Source: Candidatus Multivorans sp. | GTDB lineage: Bacteria; Acidobacteriota; Thermoanaerobaculia; Multivoradales; Multivoraceae | Direction of reading: 5' to 3' | Length of the DNA: 64,000 bases | NCBI GenBank assembly: GCA_965247095.1 | Contig: OZ251997.1 | Location: forward strand, 1,280,001 to 1,344,000 | In this document: positions 1 through 7,749 of the stretch, in pieces | How the letters are laid out: the number at the start of each line of letters is the position of its first letter | Numbering within the stretch: the first letter of the stretch is position 1 | Notes under the pieces: generated by a model | What the model was told of the DNA's origin: nothing | What the model saw: only the letters and a program-made list of their open reading frames with translations | Database searches by the model: none | Translations under genes and position numbers: made by a program

Positions 1-808
1 ATTCGAGCACCGCGACACGGTTCCACGGCGAGCCGGCCAGAACGGGGGTCGCCAGTTGGACCCGCAGGGCGTTCGGCCGATCGGCTAGTTCCCTGCTGCC
101 CAACCCGACGCCGCTGTCCTCGATCCGGCGCGGGCTGCCGGCCGCCGAGGGCTCGAACGAGTCCACGAACTCGCGCACGATCACGGCGCCGGTCGGCGTC
201 GTCAGCTCGCCCTCCACACCGCCTGTGCTGATCGGCACGCCCTGAAGCAGCAGGGCCGTCGCCGGCGCCGGCACCGGCATCACGCCGTGCCGGGTCCGGA
301 CCGTGCCGCTGCCCACCACCACGGTGGAACAAGACACGCCCGCCGGAACGAAATGCTCGATGGCGAGCGCGGCGCCGACCAGATCGACGATCGAATCGTC
401 GGCGCCGACTTCGTGGAAGTGCACCTCGTCCAGGCCGACCCCGTGCACGCTCGCCTCCGCCTCTCCCAGACGGCGAAAGAGCGCCGCGGCACGTTCCTTT
501 GTGCCAGCAGCGAGACCGCTCCGCTCGATCATGCGGAGGATCGTGGACAGGTTCCGATGCGAGGCGCCCTCGCCGCCTCCTCCCTCCACCGGCCGGCCAT
601 CACGAAGCACGCTGAAGCGCACACCCGCCAGCGCCCCCCGCTTCGCCCGCCGCACCTGCAACTCGACGCCGTCCAGGCCCAGCCGCTCGACCATCTCCTC
701 GAGCAGGCCAACCGGCAGCCCCAGGTCCAGGCAGGCGCCCAGGAACATGTCGCCCGAGATGCCGCTCGCACAGTCCATGTGGAGCAGTACGGGGCCTCCA
801 GCAGCCAT
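1..808 (-). CDS. larC: LarC-family nickel insertion protein (partial, runs off left edge)
   Basis: Manual translation from ATG at 808: MAAGGPVLLHMDCASGISGDMFLGACLDLG...VHFHEVGADDSIVDLVGAA...VPVPAPATALLL, which are LarC hallmark motifs; absent from ORF track because truncated. Confidence 0.9.
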   Translation of the reverse strand, partial: MAAGGPVLLHMDCASGISGDMFLGACLDLGLPVGLLEEMVERLGLDGVELQVRRAKRGALAGVRFSVLRDGRPVEGGGGEGASHRNLSTILRMIERSGLAAGTKERAAALFRRLGEAEASVHGVGLDEVHFHEVGADDSIVDLVGAALAIEHFVPAGVSCSTVVVGSGTVRTRHGVMPVPAPATALLLQGVPISTGGVEGELTTPTGAVIVREFVDSFEPSAAGSPRRIEDSGVGLGSRELADRPNALRVQLATPVLAGSPWNRVAVLE

Positions 809-845
809 CGGGCCGAACCCTAGCACCCCGCGCAGCCGGTGCCCG

Positions 846-1565
846 CTACAGGAATCCCCTTTCCCGCATCGACACCCAGCGACCGCCACCGGCCAGGATG
901 AGGTGGTCGACCAGTTCGACTCCGACCGCGGCGCCGGCCCGCGCCAGCCTGCGGGTGAAGGCCACGTCCTCCCGGCTCGGATCCGGGTCGCCACTGGGGT
1001 GGTTGTGGAAGATCACGGCGGCCGTCGCTCCCAGGCGCAGCGCCTCCTTCAGGACCACCCGCGGCTCGACCGAGGTCCGGTCCAGGGCGCCGACGAAGTG
1101 CTCCCGCTCGCTGATCACGCGACCGCGGACGTCGACGTAAATCGCGCCCATCACCTCCTGGTCGCGGCGCGCGTAGCGCAAGTTCAGGTAGCGGGCGACG
1201 CCGACCACGTCGCCCAGGGGCCTTCTCTCCGGGAGCTGCGCCCGGGCCAACCGCCGGGCCAGTTCGACGGCCGCCAGGACGGTAGCCGCCTTGGCGGCCC
1301 CCAGCCCCTTGCGGCGCAACGACGGCAGGTCGTGCTCAACCAGCAGGGCGAGCGCCGGCAGGCCGCCGAGCCCGCGCCCCTCGTCGTAGAGCAGATCGTA
1401 GGCGAGATCGAGCACCGAGCAGCCACGGTGCCCGGTGCGCAGCAGAATGGCGATCAACTCGCAGTCGGTCAGGACGCCGGCGCCGTGCGCCAGCAACCGC
1501 TCTCGCGGACGCTCGCCCGAAGGCATCTCCCTCAACGTGCTGCCGGTCCTGGTGTCCTTCGTCAT
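846..1565 (-). CDS. radC: RadC family JAB-domain protein
   Basis: ERPRERL, ELIAILLRTG, HNHPSGDPDPSRED, LVDHLIL motifs; start chosen at MTKD (1565). Confidence 0.93.
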   Translation of the reverse strand: MTKDTRTGSTLREMPSGERPRERLLAHGAGVLTDCELIAILLRTGHRGCSVLDLAYDLLYDEGRGLGGLPALALLVEHDLPSLRRKGLGAAKAATVLAAVELARRLARAQLPERRPLGDVVGVARYLNLRYARRDQEVMGAIYVDVRGRVISEREHFVGALDRTSVEPRVVLKEALRLGATAAVIFHNHPSGDPDPSREDVAFTRRLARAGAAVGVELVDHLILAGGGRWVSMRERGFL

Positions 1566-1632
1566 CGATTTCTGTTGACCAAGACGTTTTCTGCCCGGCA
1601 CTTCCCGCGACCCGGCCCTCGCCAAGCCCTGC

Positions 1633-1746
1633 TATGAGCGTGCGCCGCACAACATGGGGTAGTCCGATCTTCCTGCCGCGCACGCTGCTATGAGCGTGCG
1701 CCGCAGAACATGGGGTAGTCCGACCTTCCTGCCGCGCACGCTGCTA
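1633..1746. repeat. Two head-to-tail 54-bp inverted-repeat mini-elements separated and flanked by TA
   Basis: Units 1635-1688 and 1691-1744 differ at 2 positions; each has an imperfect ~16-bp terminal IR (AGCGTGCGCCGCAGAA / TCCTGCCGCGCACGCT); TA at 1633-34, 1689-90, 1745-46. Confidence 0.85.
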
Positions 1747-1759
1747 GCGTGCCGCAGCC

Positions 1760-2686
1760 ATGCGCGGCGCCGAACTTCCACCGTTCCTCGAGTTCGAGGC
1801 GCCGGCCGGCGAGCCGGCCGTCGCGGTGCTGCCGGTTCCCTACGAACGCACGACCTCCTGGGGACGGGGCGCCGAGGATGGACCGGCCGCCCTGCTCCGC
1901 GCCTCCCACTACGTCGAGCTCTACGACGAGGAGCTCCGACTGGAACCGTTTCGCATCGGCATCGAGACCCTGCCGCCGGTCGACGTCGAGGCCGGCGAGG
2001 ACGCGGCGCTGGAGCGGATCAGCGCCTCTGCCAGAGCCGTGATCGAACGCGGCCGTTTCCTCGCCGCGATCGGCGGCGAACACACCGTCACGCCCGCCCT
2101 CGTGCGCGGCGTGGTGGAGGCGCTCGGCCCGGACCTGGGCCCCGACCTGGGAGTCGTGCAGTTCGACGCCCACACCGACCTGAGGCCGACCTACGCAGGC
2201 ACCCCCTGGAACCACGCCTGCGCGATGAGCCGGGTACTCGACCTCGGCGTGTCCACGCTGGCCATCGGCATCCGTTCCCTGAGCCGCCCCGAGGCCGTGC
2301 GGATCGAAACCGAGGGCCTCCCCATCATCTGGGCCAGCCAGATGCATGCCCTGGCCGCCGAGGAACTCCAGGCGCTGTTCCTGGGTCTGCTGGCCTCACT
2401 GCCGGACACCGTCTATCTGACCTTCGACCTCGACTTCTTCGACCCCTCGTTGCTGCCGGCGACCGGGACGCCCGAGCCCGGCGGCGGCAACTGGCGCCAG
2501 GCTCTGGCGCTGCTCCGGCTGCTGTTCGAGCACAAGCGCGTGATCGCGATGGACATCGTCGAACTGGCCCCTATCCCCGGCAACCCGGCCAGCGACTTCA
2601 CGGCCGCCAAACTGCTCTACAAGTGCATCGGTTACCGCTACCGGCAGGAGTTGACGGCGCTTTCGACCTTTCAACCCGCGCAGTAG
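1760..2686 (+). CDS. speB: Agmatinase (ureohydrolase/arginase family)
   Basis: GGEHT, DAHTDL, NHAC, DLDFFD...PATGTPEPGG and DIVE motifs. Confidence 0.9.
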   Translation: MRGAELPPFLEFEAPAGEPAVAVLPVPYERTTSWGRGAEDGPAALLRASHYVELYDEELRLEPFRIGIETLPPVDVEAGEDAALERISASARAVIERGRFLAAIGGEHTVTPALVRGVVEALGPDLGPDLGVVQFDAHTDLRPTYAGTPWNHACAMSRVLDLGVSTLAIGIRSLSRPEAVRIETEGLPIIWASQMHALAAEELQALFLGLLASLPDTVYLTFDLDFFDPSLLPATGTPEPGGGNWRQALALLRLLFEHKRVIAMDIVELAPIPGNPASDFTAAKLLYKCIGYRYRQELTALSTFQPAQ

Positions 2687-2765
2687 AGCGACCCTGCCAA
2701 TTGTTGACAAGCAGGAATCACGCGGCGCCGTCGTGGCTGTAGAAGGTCCAGGCGACCCCCAACGC

Positions 2766-3109
2766 CTACCGCCCGAGGACGATGTCGATACCGGCGAGGA
2801 AAAGGTCGATCTTCGCACGCGAAACCCGACCTACGGGCTGCTCGAGCAACGCTCGGTCCAGAGCATTGACTTGCGACACGTTAGCGACCGAGTCCTTCGG
2901 GAGATGCGTCATCCGCGCGGTGAGCAGTACGTGCCAGGTGCGTCGGCCCAGCGCAGATTGCTGGTCAGGGGCACGCAGACGACGGTAGCCAACCGGCTCC
3001 GGTTCAGGGCGTCACCCTGGACGACGATAACCGGTCGGCGAAACCCCGGCCCGGATCCCGTGGGCTCAGGCAGCTCAACCCAGCAGACGTCACCTTGGGC
3101 GATCACCAT
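2766..3109 (-). pseudogene. mazF: MazF/PemK endoribonuclease toxin, frameshifted by a 1-bp deletion at ~2932
   Basis: N-half GDVCWVELPEPTGSGPGFRRPVIVVQ...VPLTSNLRWADAPG; C-half VLLTARMTHLPKDSVANVSQVNALDRALL...IDIVLGR* in the next frame; GGC AC GTA lacks one A of AAC. Confidence 0.88.
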
Positions 3110-3336
3110 TCGGCACGATGCAGGGTGTGTCTTGCGGCGGCAGTGAGGAAGCCATCATCATCGCCTACATCGTCGCAAACGCGGTTCATCGTGTCCGTGA
3201 CTTCGTCGGGAGCATGGCGTGCGACGTATTCGTCGAGGGCGGCGGCATACACTTCGCTCCGCGACCGCCGGGCGCGTCTGGCTAGGCGCTCAGCCCGCGC
3301 GAAAAGCTCATCAGGGATCGAGATCGCAGTCTTCAT
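3103..3336 (-). CDS. Ribbon-helix-helix antitoxin (ChpI/MazE-like) of the MazF module
   Basis: MKTAISIPDELFARAERLARRARRSRSEVYAAALDEYV...AEW, overlapping the toxin start; TATACT (3343-3348) lies 6 nt before the ATG. Confidence 0.85.
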   Translation of the reverse strand: MKTAISIPDELFARAERLARRARRSRSEVYAAALDEYVARHAPDEVTDTMNRVCDDVGDDDGFLTAAARHTLHRAEW

Positions 3337-3361
3337 ACCGATAGTATAACCACGAGGCTGC

Positions 3362-3529
3362 CTAGCAGCCCGTGGTGGAAGTCCGTGTCGCACCGAGACC
3401 GGCGAGGCGCGCGTTCCAACAAGGCGCGACGAAGGAGCATATCGGGGCCATATTCGACTGAGGAGCAACGATGTTGGACGTGATGCATCGCCGGTCGAAT
3501 GCAGCGCGACTTTTTCAGCAAGCCCCTAG
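3362..3529. mobile_element. 168-bp MITE flanked by CTAG, sharing its left end with the IS at 6260
   Basis: First 22 nt CTAGCAGCCCGTGGTGGAAGTC identical to 6260-6281; right end GACTTTTTCAGCAAGCCCCTAG is a degenerate IR (13/22); no recognisable coding content. Confidence 0.8.
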
Positions 3530-3611
3530 GAGCACTCGCAACGATTTCGCTGCGCTGCCGCGCATGGAACACTGTAGGAGCGTGGTCGCTACTTAGGTCC
3601 GCCCTGGGAAC

Positions 3612-3679
3612 CCGTGTGGCGCGACCCGCGCCACACGCGAACCACTCCGTGCGCCCGTCATCGGGCGCACGGATGGCAC
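3612..3679. repeat. 68-bp double-hairpin element, copy A, inserted into a REP-like palindrome
   Basis: 11-bp stem CGTGTGGCGCG/CGCGCCACACG and 12-bp stem TCCGTGCGCCCG/CGGGCGCACGGA; homologous to 40488-40554; removal restores CTGGGAAC-GCGGGCGTCTCGCCCGC. Confidence 0.85.
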
Positions 3680-3734
3680 GCGGGCGTCTCGCCCGCATCC
3701 GGCACGAAGCGCCGGCCAGGACGAGGAGTTTGTT

Positions 3735-3905
3735 CCATGCAAGGCCGTCGCGGAGTTCGTGCAGGATGTTGTTCAGATACCGGCCCCGCCCGTCCATCGA
3801 GATCTTCACCTCTGCGTCCTTTTGAACGCCGCCGTGAACTTCCGGCGCTTCCTCATCCTGTACTCCTCCTCTCGGCTAAGCCCCGACTTGCAGGAAATCC
3901 AGGCA
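3735..3905 (-). pseudogene. Internally deleted IS3-family remnant
   Basis: GAGGAGG RBS and orfA start MRKRRKFTAAFK (ATG 3856) joined to orfB pieces KDAEVKISMDGRGRYLNNI and LHELRDGL. Confidence 0.75.
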
Positions 3906-3977
3906 CGAGTCGCGTTGGCGACGGCGAGGAAGTGGCCAGCGACGGCGGTTGAGTGACCGAGGTGCAGGGTGGTCCTT

Positions 3978-4105
3978 CCGGACACCGTCTATCTGACCTT
4001 CGACCTCGACTTCTTCGACCCGTCGCTGCTGCCCGCGACCGGGACGCCCGAACCCGGCGGCGGCAACTGGCGCCAGGCTCTGGCGCTGCTCCGCCTGCTG
4101 TTCGA
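3978..4105 (+). repeat. 128-bp duplicate of internal speB segment 2402-2529
   Basis: 123/128 identical; encodes PDTVYLTFDLDFFDPSLLPATGTPEPGGGNWRQALALLRLLFE. Confidence 0.95.
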
Positions 4106-4317
4106 ACGCCGGCCCCCTGACCGCCCAGGCGGCGGCCGTCCAGGTGGAGTTCGACTACCTGCGGCTCGGGATGGGCTATCTCGAACTGCCGCTATGGGAC
4201 GGTTCGGTGATCGAGGCCGAGAACGCCGTGTTCGAGGACCGCGGCGGCGGCAACTTCCTGTGGACCGGCGAGGTGCCGGGCGCCGGCTACGAGAGCGTCC
4301 TGTTCACGGTGCAGGAC

Positions 4318-5593
4318 CATTGCTGTCCCACAAACTTCAGAGTAGAGCGAGTTGAGTTCGCGTGTTGTTCGGGTCGGGTGGTCCGCTCGGAGGTTCGAAG
4401 AGGTCCAGCAGCGATCTTCGGTCGAACAGGTTGAGTTGCAGAAGGCGCAGGATCCGGCTCATGCTCCAGGACATCTTGTTGACGAACTTCAGGTAGGCGA
4501 GCAGGAGATGGACGCACACGGCGATCCAGATCTGCGTCATGACCGCGTTGGGCGAGGCGCCGACGAAACTCTTGATGCGCAGGTTCTGTTTGATCCACTT
4601 GAAGAAGAGCTCGACCTGCCAGCGCGCCTTGTAGATGTCCGCGATGGTCTTCGGGGCGAGGCTGAAGTTGTTGGTCAGGAACTTGTAGTGCCGGCCCGTC
4701 TCCGGGTCGCGATAGCCGACCCGACGCAACGGAATCGGGCACCGCTTGCGCCCCTTGACGCTGGTCAGCTCGATGGTCTGGTCCGACGTCACGCCCCGGC
4801 CGCGAGCGAACGAGCGCCGCTCCCGAACCGCGTACTTGACCTTGCGCTTCAGGCGGGTGACCAGGAAAACCCCTTGTGCATCAAGGTCCTTTAGCCATCC
4901 GAAGTCGAGGTACAGACGGTCCGCCGCCACGATGCTCCCCTTCGGAAGACGAAGCGACCGGGCCACCTCGAGGTCCGAGCCCTTGCCGTCGGTGACGTGC
5001 AGGAACGACGGCAGACAGCCCTCGTGGTCGAGACCCACGTGCAGCTTCAACGCCCCCTTGGTCTTGCGGTACCGCGCCCAGGGAAACACCTTCAGGCACA
5101 GGTCCACGTATGTGGCGTCGAGCGACAACAGCTTGTTCCGGAAACGGAACCCATGCCCCGGCGCCGCCGCCTGACAACGGCTCAGAAGGCGACCGAACAG
5201 CGCCTCGTACAGTTCGTGAGGCTGCTCTCTGTTCACCCGCGCCAGCGAAGATCGGGCTACCCGGCCAACGCCGAGATGGTACAGCTTGTGAGCCTGCGCA
5301 TCCAGGTTCGACACGATGTCTCGCAGACTGCGCCGCCCGGAAAGCTGCGCCATCGCCATCGCTACGAACTGGCCCCAGCGGCTCATCGAGCGCAGCTTGC
5401 GTCCCCTGTGATGCCGCCGGGCCTCCCGCTCGAACTCATGTCTCGACACCAGCTTGAGGAACTGGCCAAGTACGGTACTATTGTGCGCCATGGGTCTGGA
5501 TCTCCTTGCCGTCATTGGCTTTGCTTGAACACCAATCATACGACAAGGCACGGTTCAGACCCATCCTTCCTCCCCGTTTGTGGGACAGCACTG
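4318..5593 (-). mobile_element. Complete IS4-family insertion sequence (1276 bp)
   Basis: 18-bp TIRs CATTGCTGTCCCACAAAC / GTTTGTGGGACAGCACTG (17/18); 9-bp TSD GTGCAGGAC at 4309-4317 and 5594-5602. Confidence 0.95.
4337..5491 (-). CDS. IS4-family DDE transposase (DUF4372-type N-terminus)
   Basis: LDATYVDL, ADRLY, IYKARWQVELFFKWIKQNL (YREK signature); start MAHNSTVLGQ. Confidence 0.95.
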   Translation of the reverse strand: MAHNSTVLGQFLKLVSRHEFEREARRHHRGRKLRSMSRWGQFVAMAMAQLSGRRSLRDIVSNLDAQAHKLYHLGVGRVARSSLARVNREQPHELYEALFGRLLSRCQAAAPGHGFRFRNKLLSLDATYVDLCLKVFPWARYRKTKGALKLHVGLDHEGCLPSFLHVTDGKGSDLEVARSLRLPKGSIVAADRLYLDFGWLKDLDAQGVFLVTRLKRKVKYAVRERRSFARGRGVTSDQTIELTSVKGRKRCPIPLRRVGYRDPETGRHYKFLTNNFSLAPKTIADIYKARWQVELFFKWIKQNLRIKSFVGASPNAVMTQIWIAVCVHLLLAYLKFVNKMSWSMSRILRLLQLNLFDRRSLLDLFEPPSGPPDPNNTRTQLALL

Positions 5594-6259
5594 GTGCAGG
5601 ACGGACACCTGGTGGGGTGGTTCGGGGAGCCGGGAGGGCCGCAGTACACCGTCCGCGCGGGGCCAGACGGGCGGGGCACGCTGGCGGTCGAGGTGGGGCC
5701 GACAGGCGACTGGTGTGGCCATGGCAAGGTCCAGCAAGAGGCGCTCCACCCGGACCACAACAGGCGAGAGATGACCGGTGCCGGGATACCGAAGTCGGTC
5801 GGCGCAACATCGACCGACATATTGGACATTCTGGTGGTTTTCGATGAGGGTGCTGCGGCGTATTGGAAGAGGGCTGGTGGAATTCACTTAGCGATCCAGT
5901 CCGTCGGCGACTACTTCAACATGGTGTTGCGCAACAGCGGGCTATCGACCTCTGCAAGAGCGATAGCCGTCGGTTGGACCCCCTGGACAGGCAGCGCTCC
6001 ACTTGAGCGCCATAGGTATCCAGGTTGGCAGTACACCATTGGCGAGAAGAACCTGATGGCCACAAGAACTCTGGACCGCATTCGCTTGGGAAAGCGTGCC
6101 GATCTGGTGGTCGTAGTCGAGTTCCCCCGGACAAATCTCTGGAGACTCGGAATGGCAAACCCAATAGGATTCATTCTGAAGCCAGAAGTCGGTCAGTATG
6201 GATTCGGCAGCGATGTGTCCGCACCGGCTCTCTCGCACGGCTACGTCTTTGCACACGAC

Positions 6260-7749
6260 CTAGCAGCCCGTGGTGGAAGTCGGTTCGGCGCGGTTGCGAT
6301 AGAATGCAGTCATGGCTATGGGCAAGACGGATCGTAGTGGTAGTCAGGAGCCGCTTTGGGTGGCGGGAGCGGATCTTCCTCGCAGCGCTGGTCACCCGTT
6401 CTATGAGCGGTTGAACGGCATTCTGGAAGCCGGCGGTTTCGACGAGTTGGTGGAGTCGGAGTGCGCGCAGTTCTATGCGGAGCGGATGGGCCGTCCGAGT
6501 CTTTGTCCGGGCCGGTACTTTCGTCTGCTGCTGGTGGGTTACTTCGAGGGTCTGGACTCGGAGCGCGGGATCGCGTGGCGTGCTCAGGACTCTCTGAGCA
6601 TTCGTCGGTTCCTGGGGTTGGGCGTGACCGAGTCGGCGCCGGATCATTCGACCATTTCGCGTACGCGTCGGCTGGTCGACGTGGAGACTCACAGCAGAGT
6701 GTTCTCGTGGGTGCTTGGTCGTCTGGCGGAGTCGGGTCTGGTGTCGGGCAAGACGGTGGGCGTGGACGCGACGACTCTGGAGGCGAACGCGGCGTTGCGG
6801 AGCATCGTGCGTCTTGACAGTGGGGAGGACTACGACGAGTTCGTGCGGGGTTTGGCGGAGGCGTCGGGTGTGGAGACGCCGACGCGGACCGAGTTGGTCC
6901 GTTTCGACCGCAAGCGCAAGAAGAAGCTGTCGAACGCGGAGTGGGAGAATCCGCACGACCCGGAGGCGGAGATCACGAAGATGAAGGACGGCCGCACGCA
7001 CTTCGCGTACAAGGCGGAGCAGGCGGTGGACCTCGAATCCGGGACGATCCTGGGAGTGACGGTTCAGGGCGGATCGAAGGGGGACACGGAGTCGTTCGGC
7101 GAGACGCTGGAGGAGACCTTCGAGCAGGTGGAATCGGCGACCGGGGACGATGCCGCGATCCAGGAGATCGTTGCCGACAAGGGCTACCACAGCAACGCTG
7201 TTCTCGCCTCCATCGACGAGTTGGGCCTTCGCAGCTACATCGCGGAGCCGGACCGTGGTCGTCGTCGTTGGAAGGGCAAGAAGGACCTGCAGGCCATCGT
7301 GTACGCGAACCGTCGGCGGATCCGGGGGAATCGGGGCAAGCGGATGCAGCGCCAGCGAGGGGAACGGCTTGAACGGCCTTTCGCTCACCAGTACGAGACC
7401 GGCGGCATGCGGCGGCTGCACCTGCGCGGTCGCTCGAACGTCCTCAAGCGCGTCTACATTCATGCCTGCGGCTGCAACCTCGGGCTCCTGATGCGCGAGC
7501 TTGTGGGAGTCGGCACGCCGCGGAGCCTCCAGGGCCGCGCTTCGGCAGCCCGCAACGCCCTCGCCGGTCAACATGGAGGGGTCTGGCCGCGACTCGTCGC
7601 GCTATACCGGCGGATCTTCCTGAGCCGGCCCGCAAACCCGATCCACTCGCTATCCAACATCTACCGCCGCGGCTGGTCCCCTCCAGAACCACACGTCTGA
7701 CTGGTCCGCCTCCTCGGGCCACGAAGCCACTTCTGCCACGGGCTGCTAG
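6260..7749 (+). mobile_element. Complete IS1182/IS5-like insertion sequence with CTAG target duplication
   Basis: TIRs CAGCCCGTGGTGGAAGT / ACTTCTGCCACGGGCTG (15/17); CTAG at 6260-6263 and 7746-7749. Confidence 0.92.
6312..7700 (+). CDS. IS1182-family DDE transposase
   Basis: GRPSLCPGRYFRLLL...PDHSTISRTRR, VDATTLEANA, ADKGYHS, RGERLERPFAH; TAGAAT 6 nt upstream of the ATG. Confidence 0.92.
   Translation: MAMGKTDRSGSQEPLWVAGADLPRSAGHPFYERLNGILEAGGFDELVESECAQFYAERMGRPSLCPGRYFRLLLVGYFEGLDSERGIAWRAQDSLSIRRFLGLGVTESAPDHSTISRTRRLVDVETHSRVFSWVLGRLAESGLVSGKTVGVDATTLEANAALRSIVRLDSGEDYDEFVRGLAEASGVETPTRTELVRFDRKRKKKLSNAEWENPHDPEAEITKMKDGRTHFAYKAEQAVDLESGTILGVTVQGGSKGDTESFGETLEETFEQVESATGDDAAIQEIVADKGYHSNAVLASIDELGLRSYIAEPDRGRRRWKGKKDLQAIVYANRRRIRGNRGKRMQRQRGERLERPFAHQYETGGMRRLHLRGRSNVLKRVYIHACGCNLGLLMRELVGVGTPRSLQGRASAARNALAGQHGGVWPRLVALYRRIFLSRPANPIHSLSNIYRRGWSPPEPHV

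Noticed and set aside
1633-1746. Tandem hairpins upstream of a ureohydrolase as a guanidine-II riboswitch
   Set aside because: No ACGR tetraloops, and the hairpins lie upstream of the likely -10, so they would not be in the speB transcript.
1-2686. larC and ureohydrolase as a nickel-dependent guanidine hydrolase system
   Set aside because: The genes are divergent and separated by radC, the enzyme has ordinary agmatinase motifs, and no HypA/HypB-like loaders are adjacent.
2402-4105. speB duplicate as a DGR template/variable repeat pair
   Set aside because: Differences are not adenine-specific (C/G, T/C, G/C, G/A, G/C) and no reverse transcriptase is present.
4997-6337. 446-aa ORF as a real gene
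   Set aside because: Chimera of IS4 antisense sequence, a peptidase segment and the start of the next IS.
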